A DNA stretch of 64,000 nucleotides from contig NC_134481.1 of assembly GCF_964194025.1 (NCBI RefSeq), positions 18,848,001 through 18,912,000 of the forward strand, written 5' to 3'. The notes beneath the pieces were generated by a model, which worked only from the letters and a program-made list of their open reading frames with translations, did not search any database and had not been told where the DNA came from. This DNA comes from Convolutriloba macropyga. Lineage: Eukaryota. The position numbers and the translations under genes are program-made. Below are positions 1 through 11,008 of this stretch, piece by piece (the stretch's first letter is position 1; each line of letters opens with the position of its first letter).

Positions 1-1568
1 TTTATAAAGTGGAAAAAGTCCTTACTGACTCTAACTACATCATTCGAAAAGTAAATACGAATTACACCCAATGTGTTCATCGCATCAGACTGAAGCCAAT
101 TAAACCAAGTGAACCTCCTGAAGATCTCGAAGTCATCAATCCTGTAAACTTTCAACCTGATCCGCTGAGAAGACAACACATGGAACCTGACCTATTTGAT
201 AAACATATCCCAGAATTAATCAATGAGCAAGAAACAGAGATACAACAATCCAAGAAAGTGAAACAAGATCCAGTCAGAGTGACCATAAATGTTCCTCTAG
301 GTGGACCATTAGCAGGACCAGCAGTAGCAGCACCTCCAGCAGCACCACCGGCCCCACCAAGGGTAGTAGCACCAGCAGTTAGACCACGAACTGCCCCAGT
401 TAATCTTCCAGTAATTGATTCCTCAAGCTCAGATGAAGCAATTCCAAACTTATTTAATGAAAATAGCAGTTCAGACGAAAATTTAGCTGACCTGAACCTG
501 GATGCAGAACAAATTGCCCGAATACCAGTTAACCCGTTAATTGCTGACGAAATTAGACATCAAGAACCAGAAGTTCGTGTTCCTCTTGTGTCATCTTCAT
601 CAGATGATGAAATGTTCCTACCAGCTCAACAGCCTCGCCCGTCAATAGAACCATTTGATAGTGACTCGCCTCCAGAAACACGTGAAGAACAATTTGCGTT
701 AACTGATAGAAAATTAAGAGCCCGACCTTATCACCCTAAACGACAACCAGAAAAAAGTGCTTTCAAATCACCAGAATACCAACAGAAGAAAAATTTCCAA
801 GGATTTAAAATAACTAGACAAATATGGTTACACGATAAAGATAGAAATCCTTACCTAACCAACCAAGTTAGAAGATCAGGCAGTCCTAGACCAAAAAACG
901 CACGTGCCAGACTGGAACAAGAAGAAAAACGTGAAGCAATAAAAGAATCAGCACAAGCAGCACAACAGTCAAATACACCAAGTAGAGAGACAAAACTAGA
1001 TCAAGTTAGAGCAAGTATAGCAAAATATTCAGGGAAAAAGCCCAGCAGTTCAGCAAACAAACCAGTAACTAGATCTCAATCGAAAAAATCTTCACCAGGC
1101 TCATCTAATCAAAATTTAAACTATTTTAGTCAAGAAATAAATGCAACATATCTAAGTTCTCCAACAGATATCTTATATTCACCACACTCTTTTGCACACT
1201 GTATATCAGCAGACCTTGCAATGGCAAAGGGATTAGCCCGACAAGTCAAAAGCTGGTACCCAGCAGCCCCAAGTGCAATTAGACTTAGATATCCACCAGA
1301 TAGTGGCTCAGTTCTAATCTACTTCGACCCCATTTCCGAACGTTATATCTTCAGTTTAGTTACAAAATTCAGATACTACCACAAACCCACTTACGAATCA
1401 GTATTAGCAAGTCTCTATGAACTGAGGTAAATAGTAATAGATGCAGGAATAACACACTTAAGTCTTCCAAAACTCGCCAGTGGCTATGATAAATTAGATT
1501 TTAACATCTTTTTTGAGCTTATATGCCAAGTCTTCGACCCTCTACCCATAACCATCTTTATCCATTAG
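1..1568 (+). pseudogene. 3' end of Ty3/Gypsy pol (integrase C-terminal domain, low-complexity linker, C-terminal TARG1/OARD1-like macrodomain); one in-frame stop at 1428-1430
   Basis: N-terminal VEKVLTDSNYIIRK...VHRIRLKP resembles the GPY/F-type integrase C-terminus. The C-terminal part (AHCISADLAMAKGLA...YIFSLVTK...HKPTYE) continues in frame past TAA as IVIDAGITHLSLPKLASGYDKLDF...ITIFIH*, ending at 1568. Confidence 0.8.
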
Positions 1569-1839
1569 CATGTACAGACCCAGTACAGTCTAACAGCACC
1601 CTTAATTTGTCCAAAAAGTCCAACAAGCCTGAGCAACTTAGTCCTAAAGTCCCAAAAATTTTGACCTCAAATACTAGTTATTTTGTTATATCTCCAGAAC
1701 TACTTGTCTGAACCTGGATTAACCTATTGTTCTGAAAAGCCCTTATCCAGTAGAGGCGATTCCAGCTATTATTGACCCCATTCTACCCGTTCTAAGTACC
1801 AAAAACTTAGCCTAAAATTGACCCTTCCGAAAATCCGAG

Positions 1840-4145
1840 GTTCACGTCAGGAAAATAGTCATAAAATTGTGAAAAATGCCCCGTTCATCCCAAATTTTTG
1901 CGCTGCAGCATTTCTCAAGCCGAGAAACCGACCTGCAAATTTTGAAGCGATTTGGAGAACTTTCAAAATTGAGTGACGCTGGAGCCCTCAATTTTTGACA
2001 CTTTTCGAATCCGCTCGAATTCAATGATAACTCCTACAAAAAACCTCCAATTGACCCATTTTATAGCCCTGGATCATCCTACTGCTCACGCTTGACATTC
2101 CAGTACCCAAAAATTCCGTCAAAAATCAATAAAAGTTGAGTTATGACAAAAATTCCGAACCCTACCAAAGTGCGTTAAATTGATTAAAATGTAGTGTAAA
2201 TTATATCCCAAAAACATGCCAAAATCTGTCCCAAATGTCCTCAGCAGCTACTCCCAACTGCCACCCACATGGTACAACCTCAAACGACCATTAAAACCCA
2301 ATATTTCCAAGTATATGTTGAAAAATGACAAAAAAACGATATTTGAGCTTCTGTTTCAATTCACCGCTTCAAAAATTTTGTCATTTTATTCTCCACCTGA
2401 CCCAATAAAAGCCACCTACACCCCCTACAACCCTAGTGAAACCCCCCACTAGCTTTTGTAGTACCATAAAAACCAGTCCCAGCTCATCCCAGTATCAACC
2501 ATGAAGACTTAAATCCAAATAAGCTCTGAAATCGCCACAATTTTGTCAGGAAAAATTCAGTTATTTCCAGCTAGAGTCAATATTATTCACTTCTGACAGC
2601 AACAATACCATCAGCACGCCCACATCTATAGCTCTCAGAATGTGCACTCCCAGCCCCCTAGTGCCAATACAAGCTGAGAAAAGACTGCCAAAGTAACGAA
2701 AATCACAAAAAATCGAGTGTAATTTCAAGAAAAAGTGATCAAAAATGCATCTTAATACCCGAATATGCCCAATTTTATTGTTAATTCAGTTAGCCCTACT
2801 CATGAGCAGTCCAACCATAGCAATCAATCATTCTGAACAAGTTTTTCATAGCCTCATAGCCAATAACCTATCCCCTATCTGAGCCTTTTCAAAAAACCCA
2901 GGTTCACTGCAGCAAAAACGTTATAACTCGCGAAAAAATAGTTGAAGCTGCCCAAACTTTTGCGCTGCAGGGTTTTTTGAGCCGATAAAGCGATTCACCA
3001 ATTTTGAGCTCAATCGAAGCATTTTAAAAATTGAGTGACGCTGGGCCCCTCAATTTTGGAGACTTTTTGAAAATTCACGCACATGTTCATAAAATCCAAA
3101 ATATGATCAAAAAGCCGATATTATTAGCTTAAGACATCCGCATGCTCAAGTTCTACACGCCCATACCAAAAATATTGAAAATTGTTCAGTAAAATGTTGA
3201 AATAATAGTAAAAAACTGAAGCCTACCAAACTCTTCTCAAATTTGCCAAAGTAGAGCCAAAATTAGACTATAAAAAAGTATCAAATAGCCGAATTATGAG
3301 CCCATATTCAATATTCAGTCTCCCTAGTAGTTGTCCAAGCCTAATAAACCAATAAAATTGCATAGAAATTCATAAATGTTGAAAAAAATGAAAAAATCGA
3401 AAATTGCACATATTTCACAAAATTTGGTCCGAAATTTTAAAGTGAAAAACTCAACATATTATAGTCAAATCATGCATTACTCCACACCAAAAGCTGCCAC
3501 CAACATAGTACTCACTAGTATGCCCCACAATTACTGTCAAAAAGCAATTATCTCCAATCTATGTCAACTTGTGCACAAAACACGATGCTTCACAAGTAAA
3601 AATCTAGTAAATTTCACAGAAAAACTGGCACAAAACACATATTACTCAACTTCAAACCTACCAAAATGCTACCCCTGATAGCCACAGATATCAGTACTAA
3701 CAGTTAGCACCTGATTTAGGCCACTAGAGAATCACCAGACTGACACATGTCTCGACGAAGCTCAATTAGTGGAAAAATCATGCCTGCAAATTAGCATTTT
3801 GGACGCAAAAATCAATGTTCTGACCCGATAAATAACTTCAAACCCTATAATTCACTAATATACATTAGTACCAAGCACAGACAGTACCATTTTAACCATT
3901 CAATACCGATAATGTATGAACAGTGACGACTTATTCAGACCGAAATTTCATGATTCAAAAATAGCCATGTTCAGATCCCGAAAACAATCATAACTTTGCG
4001 AAAAATGCTTAAATTGCGCCAAATTTTTGCGCTGCAGGGTTTTTTAAGACACAGAAGCGACCTGCCAATTTTGAGCCCGATTGGAGCAATTTAATAAATT
4101 GAATGACGCTGGAGCCCTCAATTTTTCGCATTTTTCGGTTTTTCA
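1840..4145 (+). repeat. Three diverged ~1.06-kb-period repeats in the pol-env spacer, with a conserved core and hairpin
   Basis: TTTGCGCTGCAG recurs at ~1897, ~2959 and ~4025. AAATTGA(G)TGACGCTGG.CCCTCAATTTT recurs at ~1963, ~3026 and ~4096. Confidence 0.8.
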
Positions 4146-5217
4146 TACATCAGTAAAAAAGTTGACCAAAAAGTGCCCAAAAACCTGAATTTATTGCATA
4201 GTTATTCCCCACCGATGTCTACTGAGCGGGCCAAGCCAAAAAATTTGCCCAAAGTTCAATAAAAATTGAAAAATTCACATATTTGCCACACTAGCCCTGA
4301 TGCGGAAAAATGACCAAAATTACATGTGAAAATTAGTACCAAATACTCTTCCAAACCAGCCCAAATTACACACAAGTGCTGCTAACAACCAGATTAAGTA
4401 TCTAGAATCATTAGAACCAGTCTATGATCAATAATTCACAAGTAAATTAAAGTTAATGCCCAAAATTCAAAAAAGTCGTGATGTCACCAAAATTTCACTT
4501 TCACAAATATGTCATTATAAAGTCACACACTGCAATTAAAATGTTACCACATGCTCACACACTTCACAGCTGCTAGTTCCAACATTCTAATCCAATTAAG
4601 AAAGCTACAATTGACAAATAATAAGTAAAAACTCACCAATGACTGCAACTACACTACATGATAATGAAAAAAATTGAACTAAAACTAGTTAATTTTCATC
4701 AGCACACCCTTATCACTCAGCAAATTCAGGCACTAACTGATAACACACGCACCGAACAACGCTGAAAAGCCATAACACTCAGTCACTACTACCACTGACA
4801 TCTACTTATTAGTTAAACACTCACTAACTGTCCCATTTTCCCCTATTTACTCCCTGAAAAACTCGAAAAAACATGTAAAGACTGCAAAATTCGACCCCCC
4901 AACCACTATCCCCATAATCACACGTCCATCAGTCAACCAAATAACTACACTTCAACATGTTTAAACACCATATTTAGTAGTAATATCAATAAACATACAC
5001 ATCAACACACATGATCACAAAATAAAGTACACCTGAAATGAACAAACATCACATAAACAAGTGCCATATTAAGAAAACTAGAACTAGAAGCCTGAGTACA
5101 GTAAATAAATGAATAAATAAACACCGGAAGACCAAAGAGAACCAGTTGAAACACTCAGAAGCGCCACATCAGTAGAAGATTGTCCTGAAACATAGTTGAT
5201 ATTATTGAAATACGAAA

Positions 5218-7501
5218 ATGTTACTTACAATTGTGTTAAATCTCGTACTTTTCGGCCCCACTTTTGAGACTCCGATTAACACAGCAGCAGCTCTGGATAA
5301 AGGAATCATCTTCCTTAAGGAAGGAAAAATTCTAATTACCGAAAAGTTCATTAACGTGGAATTTTTAGTACCGTTTCCTCGTTATAATTTTACGATCAGA
5401 CAACAAGTAGAGACTCTACTTAATGAACTCTCCAAAAAGTGGATCACGCAATCAGAATTTTGCAACCTAACATACAGCACTACATATCGGAATCAAACAG
5501 ACGCCTTCAATGTTGATTGGCTTTACACAAAGATACTCAATTCTAAACAATAGAAGCCGAAAGTCCTTAAATTACGCAACGAGACTGAAAAACTCCTTAC
5601 CAGAGTCGAAGAAGACCCTCACAATCGACAAAAACGAGCCGCCCCGCTTGCAATTGCAGCCGCAGTCGCTGGAATTGGACTTTTCGGTCCAGGAATAGCA
5701 ATGAGCAGCGGAGGATGCGGTGGAATCACAGGAATTTTCGGATCTTGTCAGCGAACGTCTCAAAACGCTGAAAATATCGATCGATTAGCTAACAGTTTCA
5801 ATAGCCTCAACGACTATGTCATGGAAATCGGAGCACAAACCGATAAGAAATTTTTCCTAGTTGCTGACGAACTTGCAAAGGTTTACAAAGTTCAAAACGA
5901 AATGCAAGAAAACCAGAACAGAAACTGGAAACTAGTAGAGAAACAGTTTGCAATTATAGATCATAATCTGAATGCACTAGCCTCCTGTATGGAAATTCAA
6001 TTATCACAACAACAATTGAACTTTAACTTTGACACAGCAGCATCATTACTTCTTGCTCTTTACGCAGATATCAAAAGTTACAGAGCAGCCTTATATTCTT
6101 TCCGAATTAATGTTATAAATGCAATTCCTACTTTACTTGATAAACGTCTTCCAATCTCATTAGTACCTCGTAAATCTTTGATAAAGATCCTTGATGCAGT
6201 CCATGATAGCCAAAAGAACGCCCCAGATCGTCTAACTTTGGCAATACCCATGACTGACATACTTTCGTACTACGATGCGAAATTAGTACAAGAGATTTCG
6301 ACAGTTGAAGACGGACTTTTACTGACACTAGCCATTCCCCTAGCCTCTAGCCAGACAGTGTTTGAAGTTTATCGTGCAATAGTAATCCCTATGCCTCAGA
6401 AGGACTCTGTAGATGCCTTACGATATGTGATAGAGGGAGAATACTTAGCAATATCAGAAGGACAGATGGAAACCACAGTACTGACGAAAGCTCAGTATGA
6501 CAACTGTCTTGGATCGCCACGATACCGAATCTGTCATGAGACAATGGAAACCCACCTTGGATTCTCATCGTGTCTAGCAACCCTCAAATTTCACCACACA
6601 ATCTCAGCAGTGAAAGTATGTGATATAGAGAAGGTTGTGTTACCCAACCCAGAACGAGCACAGAACCTTGGATACGGAATTTGGCTCCTAACATCAGCTT
6701 CAAGTGATTATACCCTTAGTGAGATTGGTACGGATGAAAATGGCCGACACATCAATGTTCCTCATAAAGGTTGTAACATCTGTTTAATCACATTAAAATG
6801 TGGACATACAATGTTCAGTGACCACATTAAAGTTCGAGCTGATTTACAAAGTTGTCAGTACCTTCCAGCAACGAGAATTAATGTAAAATTACCAGATCCA
6901 CTTGCACACTTAATTGACTCAGTACCTAACATAAACGACCTTCCGAAATATGATTCCAGTACTGAAGCAAACCTCGATTTATTGAAGAAAGTTAAAACCG
7001 AATTTATTTACTCGAATAGAAAGTTATCAACAGAGTCACTAGATGCTATAGCAAAGCCAATTACCACCGAAATGAAGTCATTTAAACCAGCACTAATCGA
7101 CAAACTTGAATCCTACGTTCCAATCAAATTTTCTCTCACTAACAATCATAGTCTTTATCGGAAATCTAGCCCTACATATTCTCTTCATGTTCTTATACCA
7201 TAAAGTAGCCTTTGTACGACGAATGGTACCGAATTTCATGAAGCTTAACGGAACCAATGTACCGCTAAACCCAGTAGTTTCCGTACCCAAACATCTGAAA
7301 GCAGATGTAGTCACAACTCTAGCCAAACAACTCAAGCAACCGCCAACAGTCATTTCCCCAGAAGAACTTGGAACCCTCAAACGACAACGGAGAAATTCCG
7401 TGCCCGCAACTTCTACCATGTCACTCAACACCATGGACCGATTCAACACAGACGATGAACTGGACCATCAAGCCCAACCGCGAGATGAAAGTATTCTTTA
7501 A
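5218..7501 (+). pseudogene. Env-like class I viral fusion glycoprotein (in-frame TAG at 5551-5553, frameshift near 7135)
   Basis: Signal peptide MLLTIVLNLVLFG; furin site RQKR (5626-5637) followed by hydrophobic AAPLAIAAAVAGIGLFG; heptad-like region; Cys-rich ectodomain; TM helix LTIIVFIGNLALHILFMFLY and cytoplasmic tail in the shifted frame (ORF 7106-7501). Confidence 0.8.
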
Positions 7502-8143
7502 GTTCATGAAAGTCTTAAATAGTTCAACAAGTATTAACCCTTTAAATGATTCAGCATCCCTTCATTCATTAAGTTCTAATCATAAGTGATTTAAACCAAA
7601 TCAGTACTCCAACCCAAGAAATTAACCAGAGCTGTTAACCACTTATTTAGCCAGTTCAAATGTTTTCAAAGTTTAGAGGTATTATTCAGTGAAATAACCA
7701 TGATAAATTTCAGTGCTAATCTTAATGTGTTCTCTAAACCCTAACTCTACCTTTTATTCTCACTATTTCCTCAACATTAGCGCATTTTGACATCTTTAAC
7801 GTTCCTTCAAAGCTCTTAATCTTGTCTTAACTTTCCTCACGTTAACCTTTATCTCCATTTGTCTTAACTTAAACTTTATTTCTTCAATTTCTTTCATTAT
7901 CTTTAACTTAAATGCTTTCGTTCCAAAACTCTTTTCTAAGAAAACATAAATTGGGTGGCTCCAACAAAAATATGTGTATATCCTTATACTTGTGCAGATT
8001 ATATGTTTTATAGAAAAAACTGTAAAAAACCAGTTCCTTCTCAAAGTTTTCATGGAGTCGGGTAGTGTCACATAGCAACGGCACCAGCCTTGACGATACT
8101 GAATCGTCGTTGCTTTGTTAGCAAAAAATGATGTTATAGTTGA

Positions 8144-8632
8144 TTAATAGCCGCACAGCGTTAGCTGGGGCTATTATTGGCCTTCTCTTGGTTTTTTTAC
8201 AATTCAAAGAATTTGAATTGTATTGGGGCGCTGTCTTTTTTTTGAGATCTGTTCACACATTTTCATGACTTTTGAAGTCAAATTGGAGTAGTGATTTTGG
8301 TCACGCCGAAACAGGAAGTGGAGTGAAAAAGCGAGTGGTTTTGCGGCGTGAAATTTTTTCGCTCCAAATTTAAAGTAGAGTGAGAAAACGGTGTTTGAAC
8401 AAAAATTCGCTTTCTCGCTAGTGGTTTTTTGTTCACATGCGACAATTTCACTTTGATTTTCACTGTTTTTTCGATTTTTTGGGTCGGTTTTTTTTCTAAA
8501 TGGTTTTCCCAATCCATTCATAGTCCGTTCTAGGTCTAGTTTTCTGTTAAGTCAATGAAAATTCTTTGAATTGTACGTCAGGACTTGTCCTGCTATGTTT
8601 TTTTATTTCGTCGTCAATCTGGCAGTTATGTT
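8144..8632 (+). mobile_element. Non-autonomous Helentron-associated (HINE/DINE-1-like) element, family A
   Basis: 5' TTAATAGCCGC...GGCTATT hairpin; internal module shared with ~19820-20370, ~37920-38470, ~44810-45190 and ~58360-58680; 3' ...TATGTTT end. Confidence 0.55.
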
Positions 8633-8787
8633 TACGAATTGAGTTTCTGGTTCTCTTTGTCAGGTTTACTTCGGCATGATATTGTAACTTATCAGCGCAA
8701 AGTAAGGGCATTGGATTATTGACGCGCAGTAATTTGTCGGGGTTTTCTACTGGTTATATTGCATGTCTCAGCTAAAAGATGGGTCTC

Positions 8788-9651
8788 TGTCACGCCCCTA
8801 TTTCGTTCCTTATAGTTACGTGATGATTTTCCCTTAAATATCCATAAATAAGTGCTATAATTTAGTTCATATTCAGTTAGTTTCAAGGCCATATATAGCC
8901 AGTATCTCCATCTAGGCCTGTAACCCCTAATTTGTTTATGTTTATGAAAAACAACCGCATATTGACAGTTTTACTAGCAAACACTTCAAGTGCCTAAAAG
9001 CCTCAATATTTACTTTTTTGAGTTTCTTGATGATAAATTCACATAATCAGTAAATAACTTCATGAGAGATTATGTACTTGGTGAAGTAATTATTCTGATG
9101 AAGTAGGTGCTAATACGGAATTGTATATGTACTGAACAAACACCAAGAGACGTATAAAAGCCGGAAATTGCCCAACTTGTAAATCAGTAAATATTTGCGA
9201 AGGACCAATACAACTGAAGGCACAGTCCTGCGGAACCCACTATCACCAGAACACCGGAGAACCAGCCTGACAATCAGTTGCCTATCATCTCATAAAAACT
9301 TGATAAAAATTGAGAAACTTCTTGTTAAAATTATTAAACAATTCTTGCTAAAATAATTAAAGATTGAACTGGAAATTCTCTTAAAACCTCCAAGTTTGAT
9401 AAACTAAGTTACAGAAGAAATAGCGACTAACTTAACACTAAAATGCAAGGCAAACTAGTGGATATATCACGCATCTGAACCGCTCAATAAAAGGCTATTA
9501 CTAGCTTATTTTATTCAAAATATATCTGCTAAAAATCGCACTGTGAAACACCAAAATAAGTCCTTGTAAAATGCCAATTATTCAAGTTAATTACTTCTAA
9601 TATAAACCTCAATAACACCACGAGGAACACTATATAAATCAGTGCGTAACA
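8788..9651 (+). mobile_element. Solo LTR (864 bp) with 5-bp target-site duplication GTCTC
   Basis: Termini TGTCACG...CGTAACA (6/7 inverted match); GTCTC at 8783-8787 and 9652-9656; internal TATAAAA (~9153) and AATAAA (~9486). Confidence 0.8.
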
Positions 9652-9679
9652 GTCTCGCATGTCTCACTGTTGTTTTTTT

Positions 9680-10148
9680 TAATAGCCGCGTCAGCAATTC
9701 CAGGCGGCTATTATCGTGCTCCTATTTTATTAATCGTCTAACAGATTTATGTTTCGTCTTACGACTTGACTTCTTGGAATTGACTTTTTCAATGATTTCA
9801 GTGAATTCTACTGCTTTGCAGTTAAAATTTGTGTTCGTGACGTCATTTCTGCTTTTAGGTCAATTGCTTGACTTACCTCACTCAAAAAATGACGTCTGAA
9901 CTCACTTATGGAACTTCAATTTTTATAAACATTTACTAATTAAAGGTCAGTAGTGTGCATCTAAGTAGTGCCAAAATTATATGCCCTAATTCCTGAGTAA
10001 TAGGGTCTTGAGTTTTAATATCGAATATTATTTTTGAAAAAGCTCCAGCTGGTGGTCGATCTGTCAATCTTATTTCTTAAGTTGTTTCAATTCATGGTAG
10101 GCCACAAGCGTCTGTCGCGGCTATTTTCCGTCAATCTACGGGCTATGT
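9680..10148 (+). mobile_element. HINE-like element, family A
   Basis: 5' AATAGCCGCG...GCGGCTATT; 3' subterminal GCGGCTATT, short stem-loop, then CTATGTTTT. Confidence 0.55.
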
Positions 10149-10834
10149 TTTCTTAGGCTCTTCATATATTAAAAAATTTAATTAATTTAGGATCTCTTTG
10201 CATTGTTTAGCAATATGGTTAAACAGCCAATCTTTTACCAAACTAATCTAAGTTACTGTGAAAACCGTCGCATTTTTTCCCGAAGAGAAAACTTGTTAGC
10301 CCCGATAAGTACTACGAAAATCTGAAACAGTGCGAGAAAGCTGCTTTTGGATCTGATTACCTTTTGTTGCCGCTCTTTTTGCACCTCTGTTGCTATATGA
10401 AAAGTGTTGAGAAAACAGTAGCGGAATCAATTGCAGTGTGGTTTAAATTATGCAACTGATATAATTGCAGCGAGAGTTGATTAAAAACATTACCAGACGG
10501 TTTTTATCGCCCGCTTGAATTTATTCAACAACTCGGCTTTGCCTTGTGCCGTACTACCATGAAATCATTTTGCAACGCCAAATGACAATTGTTTGAAAAT
10601 AACGGCAATTCATTATTTCAAGGTAGTTCTTTTCACATGGACGATTCTGTTTAATAATTTTCAATTTCTCTTCAAGATTTTTGTTTTCAGATTGTTGATG
10701 CCGCAAGAGTTTGAAATTCACTGTCTGTGCAAAATTGTACTTGATTGTTGAAGTGGTATATCCATTTGGTTTTTCTGCAACTGTCCGCTGTGCTGATAAT
10801 ATACACGTGAGTTAGCGTGAACACAAAGTGAAGT

Positions 10835-11008
10835 ATGGCGCCACGTGACTACAAGCAGGAGTTGGAGTTCTTGGAAAAGAGAGGGAAGCACATGTGGCGG
10901 ATCAAGAAGGGATTCGTGTCCAACATGAACGTCGATGGCCTCTTCTTTGTCAATGACCACCTCGAGAAACTCATGTTTGACGAACTCAGAATGCATTGCA
11001 AGTTTCAA
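10835..11008 (+). CDS. RTCB: RTCB exon 1
   Basis: [15 protein letters not shown]...[10 protein letters not shown]...ELRMHCKFQ, then GTAAGT donor. Confidence 0.93.

Larger units (their letters stand above)
1..8143 (+). mobile_element. Env-bearing Ty3/Gypsy-like LTR retrotransposon, 3' half, decayed
   Basis: Order is pol end, long A/C-rich spacer, env-like ORF, then purine-rich GGAGTCGGGTAG followed by TGTCACA at 8066 (candidate polypurine tract and 3' LTR start). The putative LTR is cut off by another repeat at ~8144. Confidence 0.7.

Noticed and set aside
10355-10560. Possible exons of a divergent gene upstream of RTCB
   Set aside because: Splice-like signals exist, but no consistent open frame from an ATG could be built.
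1131-11008. Functional link between the macrodomain and RTCB (both tied to tRNA-splicing chemistry)
   Set aside because: The macrodomain is part of the retroelement pol frame, and RtcB ligation does not generate ADP-ribose-1''-phosphate; proximity looks coincidental.
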